Positions 23,675 through 34,898 of a stretch of DNA of 64,000 nucleotides are shown piece after piece (position 1 is the stretch's first letter; every line of letters begins with the position of its first letter). The position numbers and the translations under genes are program-made. The stretch covers positions 96,001 through 160,000 of the forward strand of contig CAWFAK010000014.1 in NCBI GenBank assembly GCA_963813715.1. The letters are read 5' to 3'. The notes under the pieces were generated by a model. That model had not been told where the DNA came from. It was given only the letters and a program-made list of their open reading frames with translations, and did no database searches. The DNA comes from an uncultured Planctomycetaceae bacterium. GTDB taxonomy: Bacteria > Planctomycetota > Planctomycetia > Planctomycetales > Planctomycetaceae.

Positions 23675-25663
23675 CTAGCGCGTGGCCGTGTCGGCCTTCG
23701 CCGCTTTCTTGGCCGCCATGAGTTCCGGGACGGCCGTTTTGATTTCGTCGATGGCGGTGGTGACGTTGGTCACCTGCCCCTGGCGATCGACGAGGATCAT
23801 CACGGGTGGCACGATGACGCCGAGCGCCATCGCCGGCTCGCTCTCCGTTCCGCCCGGCTGGAAAACCTGCGGCCACGGAATCTTGTGCTGCTCGAGGTAG
23901 GGGACGATGGGCGGCGCCGTCACGTCGAGGTTCACGCCGACGATTTCCAGGCCCTGGTCCCGGTAGCGCTTGTAAAGATCCTTGAGCACGGGGACGTCCT
24001 GCGTGCAGACAGTGCACCAGGTCGACCAATAGGCCACGAGCAACACACGGCCCCGATACGCCTTGGCGTCGAATGTGCCCCCGTCGAGCAGTGGGCCGGT
24101 GAACTGCAACTGCTTGCCTTTGAGGTCCAGACGCCGCAAGGCTCCGGCCGCGCGGTGGCCGGGCCGCGTGTCGGAATGACCCGTGGCCAAATCGGTGTAC
24201 CACTTTTTGGCTTCGGGCATCTTGCTGGCGAATTCGTAGGCGATGGCCAGTTGCAAGAGGGCCTCGGGCGCGTCTTCGGCGGTGGGGAAGTCCTTGGTGA
24301 AGTCTTCGAGCTTGTCCCGCCACCACTTTTGGATGTCTTGCTGCTTGGCGTTGTCGGTCGTCGCCTTTTGCTGGGTCGTGTAGTCGGCGAGCAACCGGCG
24401 ATAGGCGACGTAGGAGACGAGCGGCGACTTGCCCGGTTCGCTCCGCATCTGCGTTTCCAGGGATTTCAGCCGCTCCAGCCCGCCGGGGAACGCGCCGATC
24501 TGCACGGCCGAGGCGATGCTGTCGATCATCTGCCGCATCCACTGGTTGCGATCGTCATTGTTCTTGGCCAAAGCGACCAGCTGCCCCAGCAGGTCGGCGC
24601 GACTCGCGTTGTAGTTGGCGAGCGCCGTGGGCGAGGCCGAGGTCTGCGGCGCCTTTTGATCGAGTTCCTGCAGCTCCGAGAGAATCTTTTGCACCTCGGG
24701 CGCGGGGGCCTGCGTTCCGGCGACCGCCGTGCCGGCGGCCAGCGTTGGCTGCATCAGGGTGCCGCCCGCCATCACCTGGGCGTTTTGGCCTTCGATCGGC
24801 TGGGGAATCTGCGTCAGTTTCCAGACGTCGCCGATGCGCACCAGCTCGCCGACCTGGACGAGCCCCGTCTTTCCCTGCGATTCGACGATCGCCATCGCGT
24901 TTTCGTAGACGATCAAATCGTCATGTGCCTTGCCCTCTTCGGCCGGGATGGTGCAGGGGCTGAGGTTGTCGGCCCGCGGCGTTGCCGAGCGATCGGCGAG
25001 AATCTTCGATCCGGACACGGCGTCGCGCAGCTTGCGGCCGGGGTCGCTCACGGCGTCCATGATCTTCGTGGCATACGAGTCGGCCACGCCGATCGTCCGC
25101 AGCTCGTCGCGGGTGACCAGCACGCTCTCCAGCAGCTTTTCGTCCTGCTGCTGCATGGCGTAGATCGCCACGCGAACGGCCTCCTCGGGCGAGAGAACTT
25201 TCCACGAATCGATGCTGCCGTCTTCCTTCGAGTCGACCGCCCACCGCGAGCCTCCGGTATTCAGCCAGCGATGCTCGTCGGGCTTGTGGTTGTGATTGGT
25301 GTCGATATCGCGATAGACCTCGAGCCCGTGGTTGTAGTAGCGCCATTGGTCGACCGTGTGGTCGCCGTCCGAGTCGACGAACCGCCGCAGCACCTGGCCG
25401 GCCGGTCCCAGCACGACCCAGCCCGACGTCTTGCCGTGCACTTCGACCTGCTTCTTGCACTTGCTCCATTCGGAGCGGGGAGGTGTCTCGATCTCGACGT
25501 CGGGCCGCATGGGGCGATAAGCCGAGAGCATGTCTTCGACGGTTGGTTCTTTGGCCCGGGCACTGGGGGCGGGGGCGAGCAGAGCCACGACGAAAGCGGC
25601 GGACGCTGCAAAAGCGGCAAAACGCGGAAGGGACCAGGTCGAAAGACGTCTGCGGCTGGACAT
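23675..25663 (-). CDS. Secreted protein with C-terminal TlpA/redoxin domain
   Basis: Signal peptide, TPR-like helices, YWSTWCTVC. Confidence 0.8.
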   Translation of the reverse strand: MSSRRRLSTWSLPRFAAFAASAAFVVALLAPAPSARAKEPTVEDMLSAYRPMRPDVEIETPPRSEWSKCKKQVEVHGKTSGWVVLGPAGQVLRRFVDSDGDHTVDQWRYYNHGLEVYRDIDTNHNHKPDEHRWLNTGGSRWAVDSKEDGSIDSWKVLSPEEAVRVAIYAMQQQDEKLLESVLVTRDELRTIGVADSYATKIMDAVSDPGRKLRDAVSGSKILADRSATPRADNLSPCTIPAEEGKAHDDLIVYENAMAIVESQGKTGLVQVGELVRIGDVWKLTQIPQPIEGQNAQVMAGGTLMQPTLAAGTAVAGTQAPAPEVQKILSELQELDQKAPQTSASPTALANYNASRADLLGQLVALAKNNDDRNQWMRQMIDSIASAVQIGAFPGGLERLKSLETQMRSEPGKSPLVSYVAYRRLLADYTTQQKATTDNAKQQDIQKWWRDKLEDFTKDFPTAEDAPEALLQLAIAYEFASKMPEAKKWYTDLATGHSDTRPGHRAAGALRRLDLKGKQLQFTGPLLDGGTFDAKAYRGRVLLVAYWSTWCTVCTQDVPVLKDLYKRYRDQGLEIVGVNLDVTAPPIVPYLEQHKIPWPQVFQPGGTESEPAMALGVIVPPVMILVDRQGQVTNVTTAIDEIKTAVPELMAAKKAAKADTATR

Positions 25664-25946
25664 GTGCGGGGAACTCCGGGTCCGTGCCTGGCGGATCGCA
25701 GAGGCGAAGTCCAAGCAACGGCTCGATTTGCGGCGAATAACCTCCCGGGGAAGGAGGTCTGGGTCTCGCAGTCCGAGTCGGACTTATGACGGAATTCTAG
25801 TGAATGGGCCGCAAACAGGTCACGCCCAGTTTGGAGGCGGATGTTCAGGCCCAGAAAGGAGGTCCGATTGCCGACATTTCGAGTTATAAACGTGAGTTCA
25901 GTCCGCCCTGGAGAATGACACCACAGAGGTGCAGGGGAGACCGGCC

Positions 25947-26969
25947 ATGAAAATTGTGATCGACGTCGACAAGCTGCTCCACGAGGGGCGGATCAACCGC
26001 GAAGAATACGACCGGCTCAAGTCGCTGGCCGCCCACGAGACAGGATCGCTAGCGTTCAACATCCTGGTCGCATTTGGCGTGGTGGCAACGGCGGGCGGAG
26101 TGCTGGCGCTCATTCCCGCGGGGGCAACCGCCCTCGTGCTGGGTCTGGCGCTCTCGGCGGCCGGCGTCCTGCTCTCGCAGAACTACAAAGAAGAATGGGG
26201 GTTGCTCGGCACGCTGCTGTTGCTGGTCGGCGCGATCACGACTTCAGGAGGCCTTTTGGTCCTCACAAACGGATCGCTGATCGGGTTCATTATCGTGGCC
26301 GCGCTCTTGCTCGCGGCGGCCGTCCTGGTGAAGAGCGGTCTGTTGGCGACTCTATCGGTGGTCTCGCTGATGGCGGCGGCCGGTGGCGAGACGGGGTATT
26401 GGCATGCCGAGTACATGCTGGCAATCTATCACCCGACCCTCACGGTCGCACTCTTCAGCGTGATCAGCCTGGCAGCCTACGTGCTATCCAAATCGCTGTC
26501 GCGCGAGAACGAGCGTTTGGCGATCATCATCGCGCGGACCGCGCTCTTCGTCGTGAACTTCGGATTCTGGATCGGGTCGCTTTGGGGCGACAACCCGCTC
26601 GATTTCTCCGTACATCGCACGATCTGGTCGCCGACCGTTGCTCCGAACGTGTTCGTCGTCGGCTGGGCGGTGGCGCTCCTGGCGACTGGCGTCTGGGCGG
26701 CCCGCCGCAACCGCCGCTGGGTCGTCAACACGGTGGCCGTCTTCGCAGCCATTCACCTCTACACGCAATACTTCGAGCTGCTCGGCGCACACCCGGCCTC
26801 GATCCTGTGCGCCGGACTGTTCGCGCTGGGAATCGCCTTCGGGCTGTTCCGCTACAATAAGGGCCACCGATTGCCCTTTGGGACGACGGCTACGGACCCG
26901 CAGCCAACGCTGCCCGCATCACCGCTGCCACTGGCTGGCGCGAACGGTTCCTCGCCCGTGGTTGAATAA
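25947..26969 (+). CDS. Polytopic membrane protein
   Basis: About 10 TM segments after LLHEGRINREE. Confidence 0.75.
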   Translation: MKIVIDVDKLLHEGRINREEYDRLKSLAAHETGSLAFNILVAFGVVATAGGVLALIPAGATALVLGLALSAAGVLLSQNYKEEWGLLGTLLLLVGAITTSGGLLVLTNGSLIGFIIVAALLLAAAVLVKSGLLATLSVVSLMAAAGGETGYWHAEYMLAIYHPTLTVALFSVISLAAYVLSKSLSRENERLAIIIARTALFVVNFGFWIGSLWGDNPLDFSVHRTIWSPTVAPNVFVVGWAVALLATGVWAARRNRRWVVNTVAVFAAIHLYTQYFELLGAHPASILCAGLFALGIAFGLFRYNKGHRLPFGTTATDPQPTLPASPLPLAGANGSSPVVE

Positions 26970-27004
26970 GTCCCGAGCGAGTGCCTGTTCGCGAAGGGAG
27001 GACA

Positions 27005-27493
27005 ATGCGACCGCCACGACGTTATTTAATCGCGTTGTTGCTGGTCGCGCTGGTCGCGATCGGAATTGGAACGGCTGCGGTCGTCGTTGGGTCGAGAATT
27101 CGTGCCAAGGCTGAGCATCGAATGGCAATCTTCACGATCCACGAGATCGTGCCGATCTCGGGTCAGACGCTTCACCTCAAATACGATGTCGAAGTGTTGG
27201 GCGACAATGTGAAGGCCGGATTGGCGAAACGGGACGGAAGCGCCAGTTTCGTCTATATGGAGGCCGACTGCGGGGATTTGGCATTTCTGGAAGTGCTGGG
27301 GCTGCCGGCGCCGGTGGGGCGAAAAGCGTCGGACGGCGAGGCCTCCTTCACAATCGGTGACTGCTCCCCGTCGCTCACGACGCACGCTCCGGTCCGAGTC
27401 GAGTTAAAGCCAGGCGAAAGCTACGTTCTTGCCACCTGCCGCGACAAAACGGGCGCGGTCGCCGAACTGTATTTGTTCTGCGAACGACTCTAG
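27005..27493 (+). CDS. Membrane-anchored hypothetical protein
   Basis: N-terminal TM; GGAGG RBS. Confidence 0.55.
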   Translation: MRPPRRYLIALLLVALVAIGIGTAAVVVGSRIRAKAEHRMAIFTIHEIVPISGQTLHLKYDVEVLGDNVKAGLAKRDGSASFVYMEADCGDLAFLEVLGLPAPVGRKASDGEASFTIGDCSPSLTTHAPVRVELKPGESYVLATCRDKTGAVAELYLFCERL

Positions 27494-27500
27494 AGGCCGC

Positions 27501-28031
27501 TCAACTCGCGCTTAGCGCCGCCAGCTCGTCGTCGATCGCGCGGGCCCGCGGGTCGTCTTCGATGGTGGCGGTGTTGCCCCGTGACGAGCTGACTGTCGCT
27601 TGGGGGCTTGTTTGCAGTTCCTGCTGTCGGCGGCGGGCTTCGGAGAGGCGAGCTTCGAGAGCACGGAGTGTCGTGTTCATGTGGTCGCGGGTGGCGCAGG
27701 CCGCCTTATGCTGTTGCGCGAGTCCGGCGACGACGTCGACCACTTCCTGCTTGCGGAGGAGGGCCACGCGGGCCGCCGATTCGTCCTGGTTGCGCAGGGC
27801 CTCGCGGGCTTCATCGGTCAGCTGGTCGGATTGACCGCCCAACTCGGCGATCTCGCGGCGGAGCCGTTCTTCGTTGGCCGTGGCGGTCCCCACGCTGCGG
27901 CGGGCTCCTGCCAGGCCTTCCTCCATTTCGGCGATGATTTTTCGCAACGCGACGGACGGGTCGGGCTCGCGAGCGAGCATCTCGGCCAGGTTGCAGGTGA
28001 CGATGTCGGTCAGACGGCTGAAGTAATTCAT
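27501..28031 (-). CDS. PspA/IM30 family protein
   Basis: MNYFSRLTDIV...DP...coiled coil...IDDELAAL. Confidence 0.85.
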   Translation of the reverse strand: MNYFSRLTDIVTCNLAEMLAREPDPSVALRKIIAEMEEGLAGARRSVGTATANEERLRREIAELGGQSDQLTDEAREALRNQDESAARVALLRKQEVVDVVAGLAQQHKAACATRDHMNTTLRALEARLSEARRRQQELQTSPQATVSSSRGNTATIEDDPRARAIDDELAALSAS

Positions 28032-28530
28032 CTCCAGATTCCCTTCGCGCTTCGCCGCTCGTCTTGACCGGGTCGGCAGATATGGACGGATAGGTTAGGG
28101 CATGGACACACAGTTGGTCGCATGAACGCTTCGAAAACTTTCGCGCCCGGCTCGACGCGACACGCATCGTTCCGGGCCTCTGTCACTGTAACGGCGGCAT
28201 CTCGGGCAAGGATCTGCGCGCCTGGGTCCCGATCCGGGAAAAGTCGGAAAATCTTTTTGACGCGGCGGAACTATGCGCCTTACGACCGAAATGCTCCGCG
28301 CGCTTGACAAGGAATCTCTCGCCTGGATATCAGTATAGATCAACGTGCGCTTATGCAAGTGCCGAACATCCTTGCAGCCTGCCGTCCTGCATAAATCGCA
28401 CAGTAGCTACCGCACGCTTGCCCACCAACGAATTGCTTGCTGCCGAATCGCCCGCTGCCGAATCGAATCCTGCCGACCTGCCTGCTGAATCGCCTACCCG
28501 CCAAGCCTTCCGCTCTCGAGGAATCGCCGT

Positions 28531-30057
28531 ATGACCCTCCGCATTGATGCCGGTGGATCCGCGCGTTATTGCGATGGCCTGAGCCGTCGCAGCTTCGTCC
28601 AGCTGGGTGTGGCCGGGATGGCCAGCTTGGGAATGGGAGACATCCTGCGGGCCAAAGCCCTCTCGGCGTCCAGCGTGGTCGGGCAGCGCAGTCCGAGCAA
28701 AAAGTCTGTCATTTTGATCTGGCTCGACGGGGGCCCCAGCCACCTCGATCTCTACGATCTGAAGCCCGAGGCGGCAACCGAAATTCGCGGCCTCTGGCGG
28801 CCGATCCGCACAAACGTCCCCGGCTTCGAGATCTCCGAGCTGTTCCCCCGCCAGGCCCAGATCGCCGACAAGTTTTCGATCGTCCGCTCGCTCTATCACG
28901 GCACGGGCGACCATTTCGGCGGCGGCCATCGCATGCTGACCGGCAAGGAGATGGGGGTCAACGGCGCGAACCAGTCGGGCCGCTTTCCGTCGATCGGTTC
29001 GATCATCGCCCGTGAGCGGGGAGCGAATCGCGCGGGTATGCCGGCCTACATTGCCGTGCCGATCGCCGCCAGCATCGGACTCGTTCCCGGTTACTTCGGC
29101 GGCAACTGGCTGGGCGCGCAGTACGATCCGTTCCAAACCGGCGGCGACCCGAATAGCGCCAGCTTTCGCGTGCAGAATCTCGACCTCGTCCCCGGCTTGA
29201 GCTTGAGCCGGCTGGAAGATCGCCGCTCGCTGATGCGGCACTTGGACAAGGTGCCCCGCGCGGTCGACTCGGTCGGCAAGTTTTCGACCCTCGACCAGTT
29301 CGATCGCGAGGCCTACGAGTTCGTGTCGGGCAAACAGGCCCGCGACGCCTTCAGCATCGATCGCGAACACGCGAACACCCGAGATCGCTACGGCCGGCAT
29401 ACGTGGGGACAGTCGACGCTCTTGGCCCGGCGGCTCGTCGAGGCGGGCGCCACGTTCGTCACCGTGCACCTGGGCGGCTGGGACCATCACTGGAATTTGC
29501 AGTCGGGGATGGAAACGAACTTGCCGATCGTCGACAAGCTGGTGACCGCGCTCTTTTCCGATCTGTCGGAGCGCGGCCTGCTCGACTCGACGCTGGTGGT
29601 CCTGTGCGGCGAGTTCAGCCGCACACCCCGCATGAACGACGGCGGCAACGGCGGCCCGCCCCGCAGCATGGGCACGCCCGGCCGCGACCACTGGGGCGAC
29701 GCGATGTTCTGCCTCTTGGGCGGTGGCGGCATCCGCGGCGGCCAGATCATCGGTTCGACCGACGCCAAGGGCTATCGCCCGCACACTCGCCCGCTCAAGC
29801 CGCAAAACATTCATGCGACCATCTACAAGTGCCTGGGCATCGATCCGGCCCTGAAGCTGCTCGATCCGCAGGGCCGGCCAACTCCTGTCCTGGAAGACTC
29901 TTCGCCGATCGCCGAGCTGATCTACGCGCGGCACCGTCAACTGAATTCCGCAATAAAAAGTTGCGGCAGCATTCGGGCCGGGTATCATAGCGGCAAGCGC
30001 AAGAGATTCGCGCACTTCCGAGGCCGACTTTCGCGGTTCCGCGATCAAATCGATTGA
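28531..30057 (+). CDS. DUF1501 domain protein (true stop probably near 29925)
   Basis: SRRSFV, GGPSHLDLYDLKP, GEFSRTP, GRDHW. Confidence 0.9.
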   Translation: MTLRIDAGGSARYCDGLSRRSFVQLGVAGMASLGMGDILRAKALSASSVVGQRSPSKKSVILIWLDGGPSHLDLYDLKPEAATEIRGLWRPIRTNVPGFEISELFPRQAQIADKFSIVRSLYHGTGDHFGGGHRMLTGKEMGVNGANQSGRFPSIGSIIARERGANRAGMPAYIAVPIAASIGLVPGYFGGNWLGAQYDPFQTGGDPNSASFRVQNLDLVPGLSLSRLEDRRSLMRHLDKVPRAVDSVGKFSTLDQFDREAYEFVSGKQARDAFSIDREHANTRDRYGRHTWGQSTLLARRLVEAGATFVTVHLGGWDHHWNLQSGMETNLPIVDKLVTALFSDLSERGLLDSTLVVLCGEFSRTPRMNDGGNGGPPRSMGTPGRDHWGDAMFCLLGGGGIRGGQIIGSTDAKGYRPHTRPLKPQNIHATIYKCLGIDPALKLLDPQGRPTPVLEDSSPIAELIYARHRQLNSAIKSCGSIRAGYHSGKRKRFAHFRGRLSRFRDQID

Positions 30058-30121
30058 CCGGTTGTGAGCGCGGATGATCTGACGGCCTGCGAAGGTCCAT
30101 CTCGTTACAGGAGAACGCGGG

Positions 30122-31456
30122 ATGAAATCGCTCCCCCGACATCGCTCAGTCGCCGTGTGGGTTGCCGTTCGATGGAGTGTTTTGGCGTGCCTGGCCGGCG
30201 TCTGGCTCGGAGTAAATGTCCGACCGGCCGCTGCCGATGGTGGTCTCTTAGAGACGCTCTTCGGACTGAACTCGCCGTCAACGGCCAAGGCGCCGAATCA
30301 GCCGACCAATACGAGCCACGTCTTCAAGAGAGGCGTCGTCGTCCGCAGTGCCGACGGTCGCATGAGCATCCTCTCGTTCTGCCTGAACAAAGACGGCCAG
30401 ATCATCGCGCTCGTCGGCTCGGAGATGGGCTATGGCGGCGGACAAGAGACTCCCACTCAAAGCGGCGTCAAGGTGCTCTCGAAAGAGGGAGAAGCTCTGA
30501 ACGAATGGAAGGTCGACTTCGCGGCCCAGTCGATCAATGTCGGTGCGGATGGGACGGTCTACGTCGCCGGGAGCGGGATCGTCGCCAAGTTCTCGCCCGA
30601 GGGGAAGCTGCTGAAGAAACTCGAGCTGCCGCACATCGCCGAGTTCCTGAAGAACAAAGACGTCATCCGCAAACGGGCCGAAGAAGAGGCCCGCGAGCGG
30701 ACCGAGCAAATGAAGTCCTTCGTCACCGCCTCTAAGAATCGGATCAAACGCCTGGAGAAAATCCCGGCGGACAAACGGACCTTGTCCGACACCGTGGCGA
30801 TCGAGCAACTGAAGACCTCGGTCCAGATGATGGAAAAGGACCAGACCGATGAGGCGAGTATCGACTCCATCGTGCAGCAAATCACCGGGCGGATGCGGAT
30901 CATCAATTCGGTCGCCGTTTCGGACCAGGACATGTTTATCGTCTGCGGCGAACACACGGGTTACGGTTATTCGGTCTGGCGGATGGATCACGACTTCGGC
31001 AGCCCGAAGCAAGTGATGAAGGGACTCCAAGGCTGCTGCGGCCAAATGGACGTCCAGGTGCTTGGTAACGATTTGCTCGTCGCCGAGAACTGCAAACATT
31101 CCTTTGCCCGTTTCGATCGGGACGCCAAGAAGATCGGAGAATGGGGCGGACGCGCGACGGGCGACGACGACGGAAAGTGCTTCGGCGGTTGCTGCAACCC
31201 AATGAACGTGCGCTGCGGTCCCAACGGCGATATCTTCACGGCCGAGTCGGAAGGGGTGGTCAAGCGGTTCTCCGGCAACGGGGACTTCGTCGCCCTCGTC
31301 GCCAAGCGGCCCCTTTCGGGTGGCTGCAAGAACGTGGCGGTGGCCGCCTCGCCGGACGGCAAGTTCGTCTACTGCTGCGACAAGCCCGGATCCAAGATCA
31401 ATATCTTTGAAGAGAAACCCAAAGCGCTGGCTCAGGCCAAACCGGCCGGAAAATAA
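30122..31456 (+). CDS. Secreted NHL/beta-propeller-like protein with CC motifs
   Basis: Signal peptide; GCCGQMD, GGCCNPMN, GGCKNV, YCCD. Confidence 0.7.
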   Translation: MKSLPRHRSVAVWVAVRWSVLACLAGVWLGVNVRPAAADGGLLETLFGLNSPSTAKAPNQPTNTSHVFKRGVVVRSADGRMSILSFCLNKDGQIIALVGSEMGYGGGQETPTQSGVKVLSKEGEALNEWKVDFAAQSINVGADGTVYVAGSGIVAKFSPEGKLLKKLELPHIAEFLKNKDVIRKRAEEEARERTEQMKSFVTASKNRIKRLEKIPADKRTLSDTVAIEQLKTSVQMMEKDQTDEASIDSIVQQITGRMRIINSVAVSDQDMFIVCGEHTGYGYSVWRMDHDFGSPKQVMKGLQGCCGQMDVQVLGNDLLVAENCKHSFARFDRDAKKIGEWGGRATGDDDGKCFGGCCNPMNVRCGPNGDIFTAESEGVVKRFSGNGDFVALVAKRPLSGGCKNVAVAASPDGKFVYCCDKPGSKINIFEEKPKALAQAKPAGK

Positions 31457-31513
31457 TCGCCCGCGGCCGTCCGCGTTCCGCTTCGATTCATCGTCCACGC
31501 AAGGAATCTGCCG

Positions 31514-32404
31514 ATGAAGACTTTCTCTCTCAGCCTGATGGCCGTGGTGTTTGCGCTGACGCAGGCCTTCCTGCCCGGCATCTCAGTTGCCGCGGAAGGT
31601 GGCGATGCCGGGCTCACCGTGATCGTGATGGACCCGCTGGCCCTGCCGCTCTCGTGTCCCTGCGTGAAAGGCTACGCGCAGCGCGACTACGATCAGCTGG
31701 GCAAGTTTCTCGAGGGCCGCTTGCATCAGCCGGTCCGCGTCGTCTTCAGCGAATCGGTGCGCGAGGCGCTCGATAAGAAGACCGAGGGGAAGGCCGACCT
31801 GATCATTGGCAAAGATTCCGTTGTGCGCCGGCAAACGAAGCGGGCGGGAATCGGAGTCGTCCACGTGGCGGCCCTGACGGGGCTCGACGGCAAGACGGTT
31901 CAGACCGGACTGTGGGTTGTGCCCGCCAAAGACCCGGCTCTTTCCATCTCCGACATCAAGGGATATCGCATCATCCTGGGGGCCGAAGATTGCGATGAAA
32001 AGCATCTCGCGGCCCAAAACCTGATGGTGGAAATGGGGCTGCCCAAGATCAAGAAGCCCGAGACTTGCTCGGCCTGCAGCGACGGGGCGACCCGCATCAT
32101 CGCCCTCTTCAAAGAGGGGACGAAATCGGCCACCGTCATCTCGAGCTACGCCAAGCCTTTGCTCGAGGGATGCGGCACGATCAAGAAGGGCGACTTGCGC
32201 GTGATCGGCGAGACGGAGCCGGTTCCCTTCGTCGCCGCGTTCGTCAATGACAAGCTGCCGACCTCGACGCGTGAGGCGATTCAAGCGGCGCTGCTCGACG
32301 TCGGTCGCCATCCCAAGCTTTGCAAGGCGCTCGAGACCAAGGCGGGATTTGTCGCGTCGAGTCAAGCGGGTGCGTCGGCCAACGTCGCGGCTAAAAAAAA
32401 TTAG
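31514..32404 (+). CDS. PhnD/SsuA-like solute-binding protein with Cys motifs
   Basis: Signal peptide; LSCPCVKG, TCSACSD; LRVIGETEPVPF. Confidence 0.65.
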   Translation: MKTFSLSLMAVVFALTQAFLPGISVAAEGGDAGLTVIVMDPLALPLSCPCVKGYAQRDYDQLGKFLEGRLHQPVRVVFSESVREALDKKTEGKADLIIGKDSVVRRQTKRAGIGVVHVAALTGLDGKTVQTGLWVVPAKDPALSISDIKGYRIILGAEDCDEKHLAAQNLMVEMGLPKIKKPETCSACSDGATRIIALFKEGTKSATVISSYAKPLLEGCGTIKKGDLRVIGETEPVPFVAAFVNDKLPTSTREAIQAALLDVGRHPKLCKALETKAGFVASSQAGASANVAAKKN

Positions 32405-33663
32405 TGATCGCCGCTGCGGCATCGCTTTCGGGCGTCCGTGAGCGAATTTTCGCGGCTGGAATCGGCTCTCCGCCAGAACCGCCGGCACAATCGCCGCCCG
32501 CCGTCGCGTGGACCGGGTGGCGCGGTGCGTCGCGAGACGGGAAGGTACCCTGGCTTCCGCCGAAGCTCGCGGCCAAACCCACCATCGTCTGGCGGCGGCC
32601 GTTGCGCGTTCGCGGACTCGGCGGAGTCGCCGCGACGCGCGACCAGGTGATCGTTTCTGATCGGGAGCTGGGCGATAAGGCCGACGCTTGGCGCTGTCTG
32701 GATCCCAAAAGCGGTTCCGATCTCTGGACCGACCTGATTCCCTGCGTCGGACATCTCGATTTCGGCAACTCGCCGCGCGCCACGCCGCTCATCGACGGCG
32801 ACCTTGTGTATCTGGCCAGCGCCTTCGGGCAATTGCAGTGCGTGAAACGCGCGGATGGCGATACCGTCTGGGCCGTCGATCTCAAGACGGAGTTCAAACC
32901 CCAGGCTGAGCTGCCGTGGGGTTATTGCGCGTCGCCGCTCCTCGTCGACGGCAAACTCATCGTGAACCCCGGGGCGGCGGACGCTTCGCTTGTCGCCCTC
33001 GATGCAAAAACGGGGTGCACCGTTTGGAAATCGCCGGGCCGGCCGCCCAGCTACGGGTCGTTCCTGGCCGCCAGGCTCGGCGGAAGATTGCAGATCGTGG
33101 GGCACGATTCGGCGTCGCTGGGGGGATGGGATGCGTCGACGGGCCAGCGGCTTTGGCAGATCCCCACGGGCGTTTCGAAGGAGTTCGGCGTGCCCACGCC
33201 GATTGTCGTCGGCGATCGGTTGCTCGTCTGCTCGGAGAATCAGGGCACGCGGCTCTACGGCTTCCAGCCGGAAGGGAAAATCGATCCTCGGCCGCTCGCC
33301 GTCAATCCGGACCTCGCCCCCGACTGCCACACGCCCGTCGTCGTCGGCGATCGCCTCTTCGGAGTCTGGAGCGGACTCTATTGCCTCGACCTCAAAGCGG
33401 GTCTCAAGACCCGTTGGCACGCCGAGCTCGACCCCTTTGCCGGCTACGCCAGTATCATCGCATCCGACACCCGCTTGCTCGTCACGTCGATCGACGGCGA
33501 CGTTGTGCTCGCTGAGGCCGCTGGCGACAAATTGCGGATCGCGGGGCAATGGCGGGTCTTTCCAGACGATCATGGGGTCTATTCCCACCCGGCACTCGTC
33601 GGCAGCCGCCTCTACCTGCGGGGTTCGTCGGAAATCGTCTGCATCGATTTGCTCGGCCGATGA
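32404..33663 (+). CDS. PQQ-like beta-propeller protein
   Basis: WTGWRG start, SPRATP, ASPLLVDG, HPALVGSRLYLR. Confidence 0.85.
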   Translation: MIAAAASLSGVRERIFAAGIGSPPEPPAQSPPAVAWTGWRGASRDGKVPWLPPKLAAKPTIVWRRPLRVRGLGGVAATRDQVIVSDRELGDKADAWRCLDPKSGSDLWTDLIPCVGHLDFGNSPRATPLIDGDLVYLASAFGQLQCVKRADGDTVWAVDLKTEFKPQAELPWGYCASPLLVDGKLIVNPGAADASLVALDAKTGCTVWKSPGRPPSYGSFLAARLGGRLQIVGHDSASLGGWDASTGQRLWQIPTGVSKEFGVPTPIVVGDRLLVCSENQGTRLYGFQPEGKIDPRPLAVNPDLAPDCHTPVVVGDRLFGVWSGLYCLDLKAGLKTRWHAELDPFAGYASIIASDTRLLVTSIDGDVVLAEAAGDKLRIAGQWRVFPDDHGVYSHPALVGSRLYLRGSSEIVCIDLLGR

Positions 33664-33812
33664 GCCCGAAACTGCCGCTCCGCCGAGGTACCCCGTCTCA
33701 CATGACCGGACCGGCCACATTCGTTATCGTGGCTGATTCGGCATTTCTTTCTCGAGAACCGGCAGGCTAACACCTGCCGCTCGCCGGGGCTCTGTCGTTT
33801 AGGATGGATTGC

Positions 33813-34808
<996 letters not shown>

Positions 34809-34898
34809 GCGGTCTTCCGGCTTTCGTAGGAAGGGCGGAGCGGATCGCGAGAGTGGGTCCGCAGGTTCAATAGGTCCCGGAAGGAATCGGGGACGGCC

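Noticed and set aside
29925..30057. Novel C-terminal extension on DUF1501
   Set aside because: The paralog at 6043-7386 ends at the equivalent PIAGLI; likely a lost stop base
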